From contig JBAXXL010000007.1 of the NCBI GenBank assembly GCA_037127915.1, forward strand, positions 27,636 to 91,635: a stretch of DNA of 64,000 bases. The letters run 5' to 3'. The notes below the pieces were generated by a model, which saw only the letters and a list, made by a program, of their open reading frames with translations, ran no database searches and was not told the origin of the DNA. A program made the position numbers and the translations under genes. The DNA is from a bacterium (lineage in GTDB: Bacteria > Bacteroidota > Ignavibacteria > Kapaibacteriales > UBA2268). Below are positions 46,243 through 56,202 of this stretch, one piece after another. Each line of letters begins with the position of its first letter. Position 1 is the stretch's first letter.

Positions 46243-46294
46243 AATAAATCTTCCCTTTTATTAAAAAAATGAAATTAATTTTCTAAATTTATTA

Positions 46295-46315
46295 AATGTA
46301 AAATTAAAAAAAATT
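46295..46315 (-). promoter_or_regulatory. Shared 21-nt AT-rich motif AATGTAAAATTAAAAAAAATT (plus strand) upstream of T9SS cargo gene 44617..46242
   Basis: A near-identical copy lies at 49955..49976 upstream of gene 47792..49924. Confidence 0.4.
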
Positions 46316-46330
46316 CTGATATGTTGTACT

Positions 46331-47734
46331 CTATCTTTTAATATTTATTTTTTTAAAGTAACTTTTACCGTTATTGGTTAGTTCTATGAGATAACAACCA
46401 GATGGAATGTTACTAATATCAACTTCGAGAGAAATTCTTCCTATTGGGGAAATTTTATCTGTAATTTGTTTTACAATTTTTCCATCTAAATTGATTATTT
46501 GAATTTTGATATTAGTTGATGTGGTTACTTTGTAATCAATCCTTAATACGTTTTCCGCAGGATTTGGATAAACATTAAAATTATCTATTAATTGTTCTGC
46601 ATCATCGATACTTGAATAACTGCTATCCGCTTCGGCAAAAAATTCAATATACTCTTTGTTGCTGTTATTAAAATAATTACTAAAGAGCATTTTCGCGTAA
46701 CCTTGCCCCTTTTTACCCGTTCTGAAAGCTAATTTAAAAACCTTGGTCTCAAGCGGTTTCAAATACATTACAACACTATCCATATCAATCGGAAAACCGC
46801 CATCGGCTGAAAAGTTTACCATCCAATCCATCGGTATGTTTTGGTCTGCAACTTTAATATCTATAAACATTTCTTTGTCCGATGTATTTGTAATTTCGGC
46901 TGATAACTCTAAGCTATTTCCAGGAATTCCTTTAACTTTATTCTGTGAAATATTCGTGATAAAAACAGTGTTCTTATAGAATTCTGTAGTTTTTGATAAT
47001 AATGCTCTTATATCGCGTAGCATATAATATCCCTTGTTGTTCATCCACGAATTGAACCAGGAATTTCTACCGACAACTACACCGTCCGGAGTGATCAAGT
47101 ATGCAATTACCGCACCCGGTCCAAAATGAGTCCAATATTCATTACAAGGTCCATCAATCAAAATTTCAGATTTGATATTTAAGCTTTCTGATGTTAGTCT
47201 TACCATATCCTTGCGTTCGAGATAGGTCTTTGGTTGACGGAAATATATACCTTCGGCTTCATTTTGTGGAGTTATCCAAACTTCTCCGGGAGAATTCGTA
47301 TAGGGACTAACATCAACAACGGGATGTGCTTCAACACAATAAACAATAAATGTAGAAAGTCTATCATAGAAATCGTCATAAATAGCGTTAAGATTCTTAT
47401 ATCTTAATCGAAATACAGGACAAGTATAGCTACCAGTTACGATTAAAATAGGCTTTCCTTTGGAAAGCTCGTTTTTAATATTAAACTCTTTATCATCAAG
47501 AGTATAAAGTGTAAAATCCGGAATAGTATCACCAATTTGATAACCGTAGGATTTAAAAGAATTATCCGGAGCAAAGGGAATTTCGCATATTAAATCTGTA
47601 TCCTGCGGCTTTACACTTTGCCCAATAAATGGCTTTAATTTTATATCTTGCCCGGATAAATCATCGAACAAAATACAAACAAATAGCATAAGACAAAGAA
47701 ACTTCTTTAACTCAATTATCGTCATTCTTAACAT
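46331..47734 (-). CDS. Secreted thioredoxin-fold protein, iodothyronine-deiodinase-like (Cys variant), with T9SS C-terminal sorting domain
   Basis: IPDFTLYTLDDKEFNIKNELSKGKPILIVTGSYTCPVFR resembles the deiodinase active-site region (FGSxT-U/C-PxF) with Cys in place of Sec. C-terminal FNVYPNPAENVLRIDY...IQIINLDGKIV...SGCYLIELT is a T9SS CTD. Confidence 0.5.
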   Translation of the reverse strand: MLRMTIIELKKFLCLMLFVCILFDDLSGQDIKLKPFIGQSVKPQDTDLICEIPFAPDNSFKSYGYQIGDTIPDFTLYTLDDKEFNIKNELSKGKPILIVTGSYTCPVFRLRYKNLNAIYDDFYDRLSTFIVYCVEAHPVVDVSPYTNSPGEVWITPQNEAEGIYFRQPKTYLERKDMVRLTSESLNIKSEILIDGPCNEYWTHFGPGAVIAYLITPDGVVVGRNSWFNSWMNNKGYYMLRDIRALLSKTTEFYKNTVFITNISQNKVKGIPGNSLELSAEITNTSDKEMFIDIKVADQNIPMDWMVNFSADGGFPIDMDSVVMYLKPLETKVFKLAFRTGKKGQGYAKMLFSNYFNNSNKEYIEFFAEADSSYSSIDDAEQLIDNFNVYPNPAENVLRIDYKVTTSTNIKIQIINLDGKIVKQITDKISPIGRISLEVDISNIPSGCYLIELTNNGKSYFKKINIKR

Positions 47735-47791
47735 AATTTAACTCTCAAAATTTCACATTAGAAAGTATAAAATCACTTAGTTTGCAGAATG

Positions 47792-49924
47792 TTACCTTAC
47801 TACAATTTTATCCGTCAAACTGCCATCCGCAGAATGAACTCTTACAAAATAAACGCCCGCGGCGACTCTTGAATTTTCGGAATTAGTTAAGTTCCATATA
47901 AATTCCTGCTGACCTGCTGAAACACTTCCATTGAATAAAGTTTTTACTCTAATACCGCTTTGATTAAATACTTCGACATTGATTGTGGAAGCGCTTAATA
48001 AATTCAACGATATTGTGCTTTCAGTTTCTGCCGGATTAGGATATGAATTAATAGAGAACAATGCGTCATCGCTAACAGAAGAAGAATACATAATATCAAC
48101 CTTTGCCGCTTTACCATGTGCGTAATATGTACCGGTATTTGAAGTTAACAATTCGGCAGTTCGTACTTGGAAATAAATCCTGCCTTCTTTGGCAACATCA
48201 ACTATCATTTCATTTGTTGTAAGGGGTTGTGTATTTACTTTAGTCCAAGAATCTTCAGTTCCGTACCGCATATAGACGTTATAGTGATATACATTTTCGG
48301 TTAGCGCGGCATCCCATTTTAATTGCACAGAGTTTTTGCTATTTTGAACAGCTGATAGATTTTGTATTGAACAGGTTAGGTAACTATCCATTCTTAAAGT
48401 CGGATCACCTAATAAGCACATTTGCCTTCCGGCCAACCCGTTATCCTCAGTTCCCCAACTGCCATTATTTGGATTATTAAATAAATTAGCATAATAAATT
48501 CGTCCTTCATCTGAGTCATTATTTTGGCTTGTTGTTACACTTTTTCCAATAGGTTTACCCATACCCATTTCGTGAAAATACCAATGTGGTCTTCCGTCCC
48601 AACAGCTAGTTAGTGCTGAAGAATCAGAACATAAAGCGGCGCGTAATATATTATTCGAATTATCCCAATCACCGAAATATGACCCAAACATAAATGTAAA
48701 AATTGCATTGATGTTTTTTCCAACAAAATCAGTTGTAACACCAACACCATTACAACTTTGATATGATCCGCCACCCGTACCATAAGCCATTAAGTATTTT
48801 CCTTCGACAAGAGTCTGAATATACTGGTATTCATCAATTCCCGTAACATTTTCGTTCCCGCATAATGATGCAATATTTCGCCAACCCGAAGAAGCAAAAC
48901 CTTCAAGCATAGTTTTAAAGTTATCCATTACTATCCCGCGCTTAGGAAAATCCTTTTTGCCGCCTATTCTATATGAATGATCTTTGTTCAAATATGCTCT
49001 TAATAATTCTATTTCAGGATTTTCCCAACCTGATTTATGAAAAGCCTGCATATTGTATAAATCAACTCTTCCCACACCCAGTTCGGTATTAAAGGAACCA
49101 AGAGCATCTAAATCAAATTTACCATCGTTGGGAACATTACGATTTTCAGGTCTGTCTGCAGAAGAAGTTTTAACGTTGAAATCAGTCCAACCCGTATTAT
49201 CCATTTCACCATAATACATATCAGCAGGCCAAGCACCAACATGTTCTGGATGTCCATCAGTATTAGATATTCCTGAATAAGGTACCGGCACTCTGCCAAA
49301 TAAAAATACTGTCGTTATTTTTTTATCTTTAGCCCATTCGTCTGCAATGACTTTTTTTACTTTTTTCACTTTGGCGCCGTTGAATTGTTCGGCTCTTGTT
49401 ACTAAGCGCAAAACTACAGCCCAGCCTTCGTTTTCCATATCGCTTATTAAACGGCTTACTTGAGCGTAAAGCGGTTCATAGACTGTTGAATCTACCAAAA
49501 GCAGTACTTTCCCCATTTCATATTCCCGTGCTTCTATGCCGCCTTCTACATAACCGAAACCATAATAATTTTTGGGGTTATTATTTCCATAATTATAGAT
49601 TGCTTTGCCTAAAGCCGCGATTTTGTACGTATAACGCTCACCTATGACAACGCTTTTATCGATGTAGCTGTAAATACCTGAATCAACATTAGCGATGGCG
49701 GTAGTTGGGAAAGCAATATCGGTAGCTTTCTTTCTATAAATCTCGTATTTTATTTGTGAATCGTTTGGTGCCCAGCTCAGCATTAATTGTGGTTCTGTCC
49801 CACCTGTCGCTTGAGCATTAATCATCACAGCATGGTCTTGGTTTTTTAAATCCCTATAAGCGGATAAATCCATATAAGCAATTGATAATACAAAGAGAAT
49901 GATAATAAGTAATCTTGTTCTCAT
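47792..49924 (-). CDS. Large secreted fn3-containing protein with T9SS C-terminal sorting domain; possibly a C25/caspase-fold cysteine peptidase-like protein (tentative)
   Basis: Signal peptide, fn3-like modules (QLMLSWAPNDSQIKYEIYRK; VQLKWDAALTENVYHYNVYMRYG). TDGHPEHVGAW could carry a catalytic His but no convincing Cys motif was found. C-terminal FSINSYPNPAETESTISL...VEVFNQSGIRV...AGVYFVRV is a T9SS CTD. Confidence 0.5.
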   Translation of the reverse strand: MRTRLLIIILFVLSIAYMDLSAYRDLKNQDHAVMINAQATGGTEPQLMLSWAPNDSQIKYEIYRKKATDIAFPTTAIANVDSGIYSYIDKSVVIGERYTYKIAALGKAIYNYGNNNPKNYYGFGYVEGGIEAREYEMGKVLLLVDSTVYEPLYAQVSRLISDMENEGWAVVLRLVTRAEQFNGAKVKKVKKVIADEWAKDKKITTVFLFGRVPVPYSGISNTDGHPEHVGAWPADMYYGEMDNTGWTDFNVKTSSADRPENRNVPNDGKFDLDALGSFNTELGVGRVDLYNMQAFHKSGWENPEIELLRAYLNKDHSYRIGGKKDFPKRGIVMDNFKTMLEGFASSGWRNIASLCGNENVTGIDEYQYIQTLVEGKYLMAYGTGGGSYQSCNGVGVTTDFVGKNINAIFTFMFGSYFGDWDNSNNILRAALCSDSSALTSCWDGRPHWYFHEMGMGKPIGKSVTTSQNNDSDEGRIYYANLFNNPNNGSWGTEDNGLAGRQMCLLGDPTLRMDSYLTCSIQNLSAVQNSKNSVQLKWDAALTENVYHYNVYMRYGTEDSWTKVNTQPLTTNEMIVDVAKEGRIYFQVRTAELLTSNTGTYYAHGKAAKVDIMYSSSVSDDALFSINSYPNPAETESTISLNLLSASTINVEVFNQSGIRVKTLFNGSVSAGQQEFIWNLTNSENSRVAAGVYFVRVHSADGSLTDKIVVR

Positions 49925-49954
49925 GAAACTCTCCTAAAAATATTAAATAAATAT

Positions 49955-49976
49955 AATGTAAAATTAAAAAAAAATT
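49955..49976 (-). promoter_or_regulatory. Second copy of the shared AT-rich motif (AATGTAAAATTAAAAAAAAATT) upstream of gene 47792..49924
   Basis: Matches 46295..46315 except for one extra A. Confidence 0.4.
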
Positions 49977-50018
49977 GTAATTTTATTAGTATTTATTTTC
50001 AAAATTTCAAAAAATAAT

Positions 50019-52805
50019 ATGAATTTCTTTGAGAAACATAGTTGGTTGTTTCGGATTTTACTGCTATCTTTAGCTATAATATTCATTTACATAATACTAC
50101 TTCAATTAACGGGCAGGCAAACTGATCAAAATTCGTTTACCGGCTTGAAAAATTTTCTATATGTAAACAAAAACTTAGTGGTTTACAACGATAATGGCAA
50201 AGTGGATACTTTGAATAGTTTCGATTGTATTATGGAAATTGATTCCAAAGCAGTAGTTTCTCCAGAAATATTCAAAAGCATTGCCGACGATAGTAAAAAG
50301 TTCCACCAAATTAAAGTTTTACATTTACCCGATTCTGCGCTTTCTATTAAAAAGATACAAAAAGACAATCTTGTTCAAGAAAATTTTATGTTCTTTAGTT
50401 CCGGAATTTATATTTTCTCTGTTCAAAAGAATGGAACCTCCTACAAGGCAGGGGTTCGTAAAGGCGATTTACTGTTAAGGATTAATAACTATAAAACCAG
50501 CGACCCTGTTCAAGCTGACAATATTATTCGTAATAATACACCGGAAAAACTAATAAAATATGACATCATAAGAAATGGAACAATTAAGTCATATTATGTA
50601 GAATTAGCGAAAATAACCCTTAAAGTATATTTCGTAATCTTTATTATTACAGGATTTATTTTCTTAATAACTTCGCTATTTATTGGTTTAAACCGACCTA
50701 AATTAAAATCCGCCCGATTAACGTCGTTGGCTTTGGCAATGTTCGGATTTGTTTTGGTAGTATCATTTGGTTCATTATCTTCCCCAAGCAGTACTGCCGC
50801 GGTTATAACATTCTTATTTATGGGAATATTAGCATATTTTTGGATGCCTGTATCTATCCACAGTTTGTTTTACTTTCCAACAGAATATATTACTATACCA
50901 AATAAAAAATGGCTTATCAGATTTCCGTATTTTTTGATAATTCTGTGTATTGTTTCGCGTTTCCTTCTTACTGTATTTGGTAGTGAATTTGATAAAACCT
51001 TCACTATATTCAATTATTTACTTGTATTTTATTTAATCTATTTGTTGTTTTACATATACAAGATAACACCCCCTAACTTACGCCACATACTAAAAGCTCC
51101 TTATATAGGTTGGTTACTTTTTTGTATCTCTTATATTATAATCGGTATTGTTGGTACCTTTGTAATCAAATCACCGGCAATAGCTGAAAAATACTTGTAT
51201 TTAAATTATATTTTGTTAAGTTCGGTATTTATACCATTGGCATATATTTATTCAATAAGTAAAAATAGTCTGTTTAAACTTCGTATGAAAATGCGTAGAA
51301 ATATTAAATATCTTCTGATTTCATTTATTTACAAGTTGATATTATTTGTCGGATTAGCGTATGTGATTCATTTAGCACTGCATATAAATGTGATTTTCCC
51401 AAGTATTCGATTTACATACACAACCATTGAATATTTAGAAAAACCTTTAAGACCGGCACTACAAGTATATTATTCGAAATTATTAGCAATTCTATTTTCA
51501 TTGGTAGGTATATATTTTTACAGAAAATTCGTAAAACTTGGTCAGAAAATATTAGATGATATTTTTTACCGTGTTCATGTGGATTTCCGCCAATTATCTG
51601 CTCAAATGCATCAATTACAGCAAAATGATATTGAAGCAAACAAATTGGCCGATAATTTTATTAAAACTCTTAGCCATGGAATGAAATTGAAGCATGGCGG
51701 AATTTTATTTATCGGTGATAATAACGAAATTGTTGTTCAGAAATACTACGGTTTCAAATCCAATACCGAGCTTCGCGAGTTTATATCTTTAATCTCAAAA
51801 GATTTAATATGTGAAACAATGAAACATAAAGATCCATTTTCTACTTCTTTATTGAACGACAATATCAAATCCGTTTTTGATGAATATCAAATAGAATATA
51901 TTGTTCCTGCTATATCGAAAGATAAATATCATGGGATTATTTTAATAGGTGAAAAACTTTCCGAAAGCACTTTCAACACCGAAGAATTAAGCTTTATGAA
52001 AGATATAGCCGACCACGCATCTGTCGTAATAGAAAATGCTCTACTTTATCAGAAATCATTAAAACAAGAACGTTTGAACCATGAATTGGAATTAGCTAGA
52101 CAAATTCAATATAACTCTTTACCTCAATCGAATCCTAAAATTGATTGTTTCGACATATATGGCTTATCCGCTCCGGCTTATGAAGTTGGCGGTGATTTTT
52201 ATGATTATTTCCATGAAGGTAACTACTTGGACGTAATTATTGGCGACGTTGCCGGCAAAGGTACATCTGCGGCGATGTATATGTCAAATGCCATCGGTAT
52301 TATAAGAACTTTACAAAAATTCTCTTTAAACCCTAAGCAAATTCTTATAAATTTGAATGAGCTAATGAGTAATAATCTCAGCAAAAATTCTTTTATTACT
52401 GCGCTTTGCGGTAGATTTGATATTGCTAAAAAGACACTTACCATATCTAGAGCAGGACATATCCCATTGTATCATTATAATTCATTAACAAATTCAGTTG
52501 AAAAATTAATTCCTAAGGGAATTGCAATAGGGGTAGTTGACACACCATCATTCACTCATATAACGGAAGAAATGCTGTTGCCATATAATACCGGTGACAT
52601 TTTCTTGTTTGTTACAGACGGAATAATTGAAGCTAGAGGTTATGAAAATGAAGAACTTGGCGAAAGTTTAATTTATAAACATATAAAGAATCAAAAACTT
52701 ACCGCTAATCAGTTAATCCAAAACATTATCATTGATATTAATAACATTGCTTCTGAAAATCCTCAATTTGATGATATAACTGCAGTTGCGATAAAAATAA
52801 TATAG
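50019..52805 (+). CDS. Membrane-bound PP2C-family (SpoIIE/RsbU-like) protein phosphatase with N-terminal PDZ domain, multi-TM sensor region and GAF-like domain
   Basis: GVRKGDLLLRINNYK...KYDIIRNG is a PDZ-like domain. About 8 TM helices follow. C-terminal GGDFYDYFH...VIIGDVAGKGTSAAMYMS...RAGHIPLY...FVTDGIIEAR are SpoIIE/PP2C motifs. Confidence 0.75.
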   Translation: MNFFEKHSWLFRILLLSLAIIFIYIILLQLTGRQTDQNSFTGLKNFLYVNKNLVVYNDNGKVDTLNSFDCIMEIDSKAVVSPEIFKSIADDSKKFHQIKVLHLPDSALSIKKIQKDNLVQENFMFFSSGIYIFSVQKNGTSYKAGVRKGDLLLRINNYKTSDPVQADNIIRNNTPEKLIKYDIIRNGTIKSYYVELAKITLKVYFVIFIITGFIFLITSLFIGLNRPKLKSARLTSLALAMFGFVLVVSFGSLSSPSSTAAVITFLFMGILAYFWMPVSIHSLFYFPTEYITIPNKKWLIRFPYFLIILCIVSRFLLTVFGSEFDKTFTIFNYLLVFYLIYLLFYIYKITPPNLRHILKAPYIGWLLFCISYIIIGIVGTFVIKSPAIAEKYLYLNYILLSSVFIPLAYIYSISKNSLFKLRMKMRRNIKYLLISFIYKLILFVGLAYVIHLALHINVIFPSIRFTYTTIEYLEKPLRPALQVYYSKLLAILFSLVGIYFYRKFVKLGQKILDDIFYRVHVDFRQLSAQMHQLQQNDIEANKLADNFIKTLSHGMKLKHGGILFIGDNNEIVVQKYYGFKSNTELREFISLISKDLICETMKHKDPFSTSLLNDNIKSVFDEYQIEYIVPAISKDKYHGIILIGEKLSESTFNTEELSFMKDIADHASVVIENALLYQKSLKQERLNHELELARQIQYNSLPQSNPKIDCFDIYGLSAPAYEVGGDFYDYFHEGNYLDVIIGDVAGKGTSAAMYMSNAIGIIRTLQKFSLNPKQILINLNELMSNNLSKNSFITALCGRFDIAKKTLTISRAGHIPLYHYNSLTNSVEKLIPKGIAIGVVDTPSFTHITEEMLLPYNTGDIFLFVTDGIIEARGYENEELGESLIYKHIKNQKLTANQLIQNIIIDINNIASENPQFDDITAVAIKII

Positions 52806-52812
52806 AAGTTAA

Positions 52813-53913
52813 ATGCAAAATAAATCTAAACCTGAATGGATACCCGATAACGCGGGTAATGAATATACTACGAGTATAATGCCCGGTATTAAAGATATAA
52901 AGCACAAATCTAAACCCGGTAAAACTGCAAAACATTTAACAGTTGATGATTATACTAACGGAATTTTGGCTGGTAATATTACAATTTTGTCAAAAGCAAT
53001 TACTTTAATCGAAAGTAACGCCCAAAGACACTATCATTTAGCCCAGGATGTTTTAAAAAATGTATTACCCTATTCCGGAAATTCGATAAGAATTGGTGTA
53101 ACAGGTTCTCCGGGTGCGGGAAAAAGTACGCTTATAGAATCCCTCGGTTTAAAACTTATTAAAAATGGCCTAAAAGTTGCCGTCTTGGCAATTGACCCGA
53201 GCAGTACCGTCACACATGGGTCTATTTTGGGTGATAAAACGCGCATGGAGAGTTTGTCGCAGGAAACACGAGCATTTATCAGACCTTCTCCTTCAAGTGG
53301 AACCTTGGGCGGTGTAACGCGAAAAACTAGAGAAACAATGCTCCTCTGTGAAGCTGCGGGATACGATGTGATTTTAATCGAAACCGTCGGTGTTGGTCAG
53401 AGCGAAACAACAGTCCGTTCTATGGTAGATTTCTTTATGCTTCTTTTACTTCCGGAAGCGGGCGATGAATTGCAGGGTATCAAAAAAGGTGTTGTTGAAT
53501 TGGCTGATTTATTAGTCGTTAATAAAGCTGAAGCACAAAATAAAATGCGCGCTGAATTAACACAACGGGCTTATTCAAATGCATTATCACTTCTACAACC
53601 CGCAACCAAAGGTTGGTCTCCAAAAGTGCTAACTTGTTCAGCTGTTGAGGAAACCGGAATATGGGAAATCTGGTCCGCGGTGAATGAATTCCGCTTGATA
53701 ACAGAAGATTCAGGAATTTTTAGAGAACGTAGGCAAAAGCAATTATTGGATTGGGTGGATACTATGCTCAACGATGGATTACAAAGAATGTTCTTCGATA
53801 ATCCATTGATTAAAAGTAAATATAAAATATGTCAAGAAGCCGTATTGAAAGGTACTATGACTCCATCGCAATCTGTATTTGATTTATTGGAAATTTTTAG
53901 AAAGACAAAATGA
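52813..53913 (+). CDS. meaB: Methylmalonyl-CoA mutase-associated GTPase MeaB (ArgK family)
   Basis: GVTGSPGAGKSTLIE P-loop, AIDPSS, IRPSPSSGTLGG, ETVGVGQSE motifs. Confidence 0.8.
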   Translation: MQNKSKPEWIPDNAGNEYTTSIMPGIKDIKHKSKPGKTAKHLTVDDYTNGILAGNITILSKAITLIESNAQRHYHLAQDVLKNVLPYSGNSIRIGVTGSPGAGKSTLIESLGLKLIKNGLKVAVLAIDPSSTVTHGSILGDKTRMESLSQETRAFIRPSPSSGTLGGVTRKTRETMLLCEAAGYDVILIETVGVGQSETTVRSMVDFFMLLLLPEAGDELQGIKKGVVELADLLVVNKAEAQNKMRAELTQRAYSNALSLLQPATKGWSPKVLTCSAVEETGIWEIWSAVNEFRLITEDSGIFRERRQKQLLDWVDTMLNDGLQRMFFDNPLIKSKYKICQEAVLKGTMTPSQSVFDLLEIFRKTK

Positions 53914-54512
53914 AATTAGTATTAGCATCGAACAATAAGCATAAAGCCGAAGAATATTCCGCTATGTTTAAAGCTGACAATGGAATCGATATTACGGTTC
54001 TATTGCCTAAAGATTTACTCCATGAAGAGATAGAAATCGAAGAGACAGGATTAACATTTGAAGAAAATGCATCAATAAAAGCTAGGCATATTTTTGAATT
54101 GGCTAAATTACCTTGCTTTTCAGATGATTCAGGTCTCGAAGTGAAGGCTTTAGGTAATAAGCCCGGTTTGAATTCCGCTCGTTATAGCGGTTCACATGGT
54201 GATGATAAAGCTAATCGTAAAAAAGTAATATCGGAGTTAATTGATTTAAATACAGATGATTGGTCAGCTCGTTTCCGTTGTGTGATTTGTTTTTATGATG
54301 GTCTAAATGAGTACTTTTTTGAAGGTATCTGTACCGGAAAATTAATTAGCGAAGAAAAAGGTACTAGCGGATTCGGTTATGACCCTATTTTTATTCCCGA
54401 TGGATATAATATCACTTTTGCTGAAATGCCAAGCAAGCAAAAAAACAGCATTAGCCATAGAGCAAATGCAGTTGATAAATTCCAACAATTTTTGAAAGAA
54501 TATAATGGATGA
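53910..54512 (+). CDS. rdgB: Non-canonical purine NTP pyrophosphatase (RdgB/Ham1 family)
   Basis: MKLVLASNNKHKAEEY..., FSDDSGLEV, GFGYDPIF, SHR motifs. Its start overlaps the meaB stop (ATGA). Confidence 0.8.
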   Translation: MKLVLASNNKHKAEEYSAMFKADNGIDITVLLPKDLLHEEIEIEETGLTFEENASIKARHIFELAKLPCFSDDSGLEVKALGNKPGLNSARYSGSHGDDKANRKKVISELIDLNTDDWSARFRCVICFYDGLNEYFFEGICTGKLISEEKGTSGFGYDPIFIPDGYNITFAEMPSKQKNSISHRANAVDKFQQFLKEYNG

Positions 54513-54521
54513 ACTTATAAA

Positions 54522-55202
54522 ATGCCAAGAATAACTCAAAATCGAATCTTGCGCAATTGGTTATTTATAATGCCCACTAAGCTGAAAAGATTAAAGAAAA
54601 CTTATGGAAATAGAGAATTTTATTTATTAGACGTAGGTGCAGGAAATCATTCGGCTACACAATTAAAAAAATATTTTCCTAATTGTAAATACTATGGTAT
54701 TGATATTTCTAAAGATTATAATAACGACGCTGAAGATTTCAATTTGATGGAGAACTTTTGGGAAAAAGACCTTACAAAACTGGATTTTTCAGATATTCCT
54801 GATGGGTTTTTTGATGCGCTCTTAATGACGCATATTATTGAGCATTTATATAATGGTGAATTAGTCGTGGATGCTTTGTTAAATAAAGTAAAAACAAATG
54901 GTTTTATTTATTTGGAATACCCTTCTCAAAAAAGTACTCGATTACCCAGTAAAAAGGGAACATTGAATTTTTACGATGACGATACTCACGTAAGGTTATA
55001 TAATATCAATGTGCTAATAGATATTATTAAAAGCAATGGTTTTACTGTATTGAAATTTGGTGCTAGGAAGGATTTTGCAAATATAATGACAATGCCGATA
55101 AGAATCATAATTAGTAAAATCAAGCATGGATACGTACCCGGCGGAGTCTTTTGGGATTTATTAGGTTTTGCAGAATTTATTTGGGCAAAAAAAAAGGTTT
55201 AA
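54522..55202 (+). CDS. Class I SAM-dependent methyltransferase
   Basis: LLDVGAGNHSATQ motif I and MTHIIEHL motif; 226 aa. Confidence 0.6.
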   Translation: MPRITQNRILRNWLFIMPTKLKRLKKTYGNREFYLLDVGAGNHSATQLKKYFPNCKYYGIDISKDYNNDAEDFNLMENFWEKDLTKLDFSDIPDGFFDALLMTHIIEHLYNGELVVDALLNKVKTNGFIYLEYPSQKSTRLPSKKGTLNFYDDDTHVRLYNINVLIDIIKSNGFTVLKFGARKDFANIMTMPIRIIISKIKHGYVPGGVFWDLLGFAEFIWAKKKV

Positions 55203-55223
55203 AATATATTTAAGGTTTTTGGT

Positions 55224-55625
55224 ATGAAAAAAATAAGAGTAGCAACGATTATTATACTATTTTTCAATGCTGTTTCAGGACTTGTTGGCGGGTTAGGTTT
55301 AATACTTGACCCTAGTGGAAAAATAATGCAAATGCCGATAGAATGGTTAGCTCCTACCCCATTTACAAATTTCTTGATTCCAGGCATTATCCTATTTTTG
55401 TTTATTGGCTTATTCAGTTTATTAGTTGCTATATTGACCATAATAAAATCAAAATACTATCAATATTTAATTATTTTTGAAGGGATTATTTTATTTATCT
55501 GGTTGTCAGTAGAAATAATAATGCTGAAACTATTCTTTGCACCGCTCCATTTACCGTACTATTTGGTCGCATTTGCCTTATTGAATCTAGGATATTTATT
55601 AAATAAAAAGAGACTCGCCAATTAA
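55224..55625 (+). CDS. Small integral membrane protein of unknown function
   Basis: 133 aa, 4 predicted TM segments. Confidence 0.4.
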   Translation: MKKIRVATIIILFFNAVSGLVGGLGLILDPSGKIMQMPIEWLAPTPFTNFLIPGIILFLFIGLFSLLVAILTIIKSKYYQYLIIFEGIILFIWLSVEIIMLKLFFAPLHLPYYLVAFALLNLGYLLNKKRLAN

Positions 55626-55636
55626 ACGAGTCTCTT
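55601..55636. terminator. Intrinsic terminator hairpin between convergent genes (AGAGACTCG-ccaattaaa-CGAGTCTCT), effective mainly for the minus-strand gene 55686..56147
   Basis: 9-bp perfect stem. On the minus strand it is followed by TTTTTATTT; on the plus strand it is preceded by AAATAAAA. Confidence 0.6.
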
Positions 55637-55685
55637 ATAAATCTTCATTAACAATTAATAATTAACCATTAATAATTATTGTTGG

Positions 55686-56147
55686 TTACTTTTTCTTGAA
55701 GGCAGAAAATACACTTGCAAATCCTTCGAAAAAATTCCCAATTCTTACAAATGGGCTAGTAACTTTATTAGCAACATCTCTCATTGTATCCTGCACATTG
55801 TGAAATGCATTTGAGCAACGCTCGGCATTTTCTTTAAACTTTGAAGCCATATTTTTGATTTCATAAGTTGCATAACGTAGATTTGTCATAGAATCTACAG
55901 CGATGTCCTTTAAATCGGCAATACCGGCCGCAATACTATTAATTCGTTTTGAAAAGATGTTGATTTCGTCAATCACTTCGCTAGTTTTTTCACGCATAAT
56001 GCGCATATCTTTAGATAATTTATCTATACTCAAACTCACATCGGATAAAAACTTTTTTATCGAAGTTGTTAAAATTATTAGATAAACAGCTAATGCTATA
56101 AACATTATTAACGCTATTATAACTAAGATTTCATGTAGTAATTCCAT
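55686..56147 (-). CDS. DUF948-like membrane-anchored coiled-coil stress protein
   Basis: N-terminal TM helix, then a long helical region (LSDVSLSIDKLSKDMRIMREKTSEVIDEINIFSKRINSIAAGIADLKD). Confidence 0.45.
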   Translation of the reverse strand: MELLHEILVIIALIMFIALAVYLIILTTSIKKFLSDVSLSIDKLSKDMRIMREKTSEVIDEINIFSKRINSIAAGIADLKDIAVDSMTNLRYATYEIKNMASKFKENAERCSNAFHNVQDTMRDVANKVTSPFVRIGNFFEGFASVFSAFKKK

Positions 56148-56202
56148 TTAAGCTCCCGTGGCAATAATATATTTATTGTAGTTAGTTAGCAACTTAATAA
56201 GC

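Noticed and set aside
47792-49924. Assignment of the 710-aa T9SS protein as a zinc metalloprotease based on FHEMGMG
   Set aside because: There is no second His to complete an HExxH motif, so the metalloprotease call is unsupported. I kept only a tentative C25-like or caspase-fold possibility.
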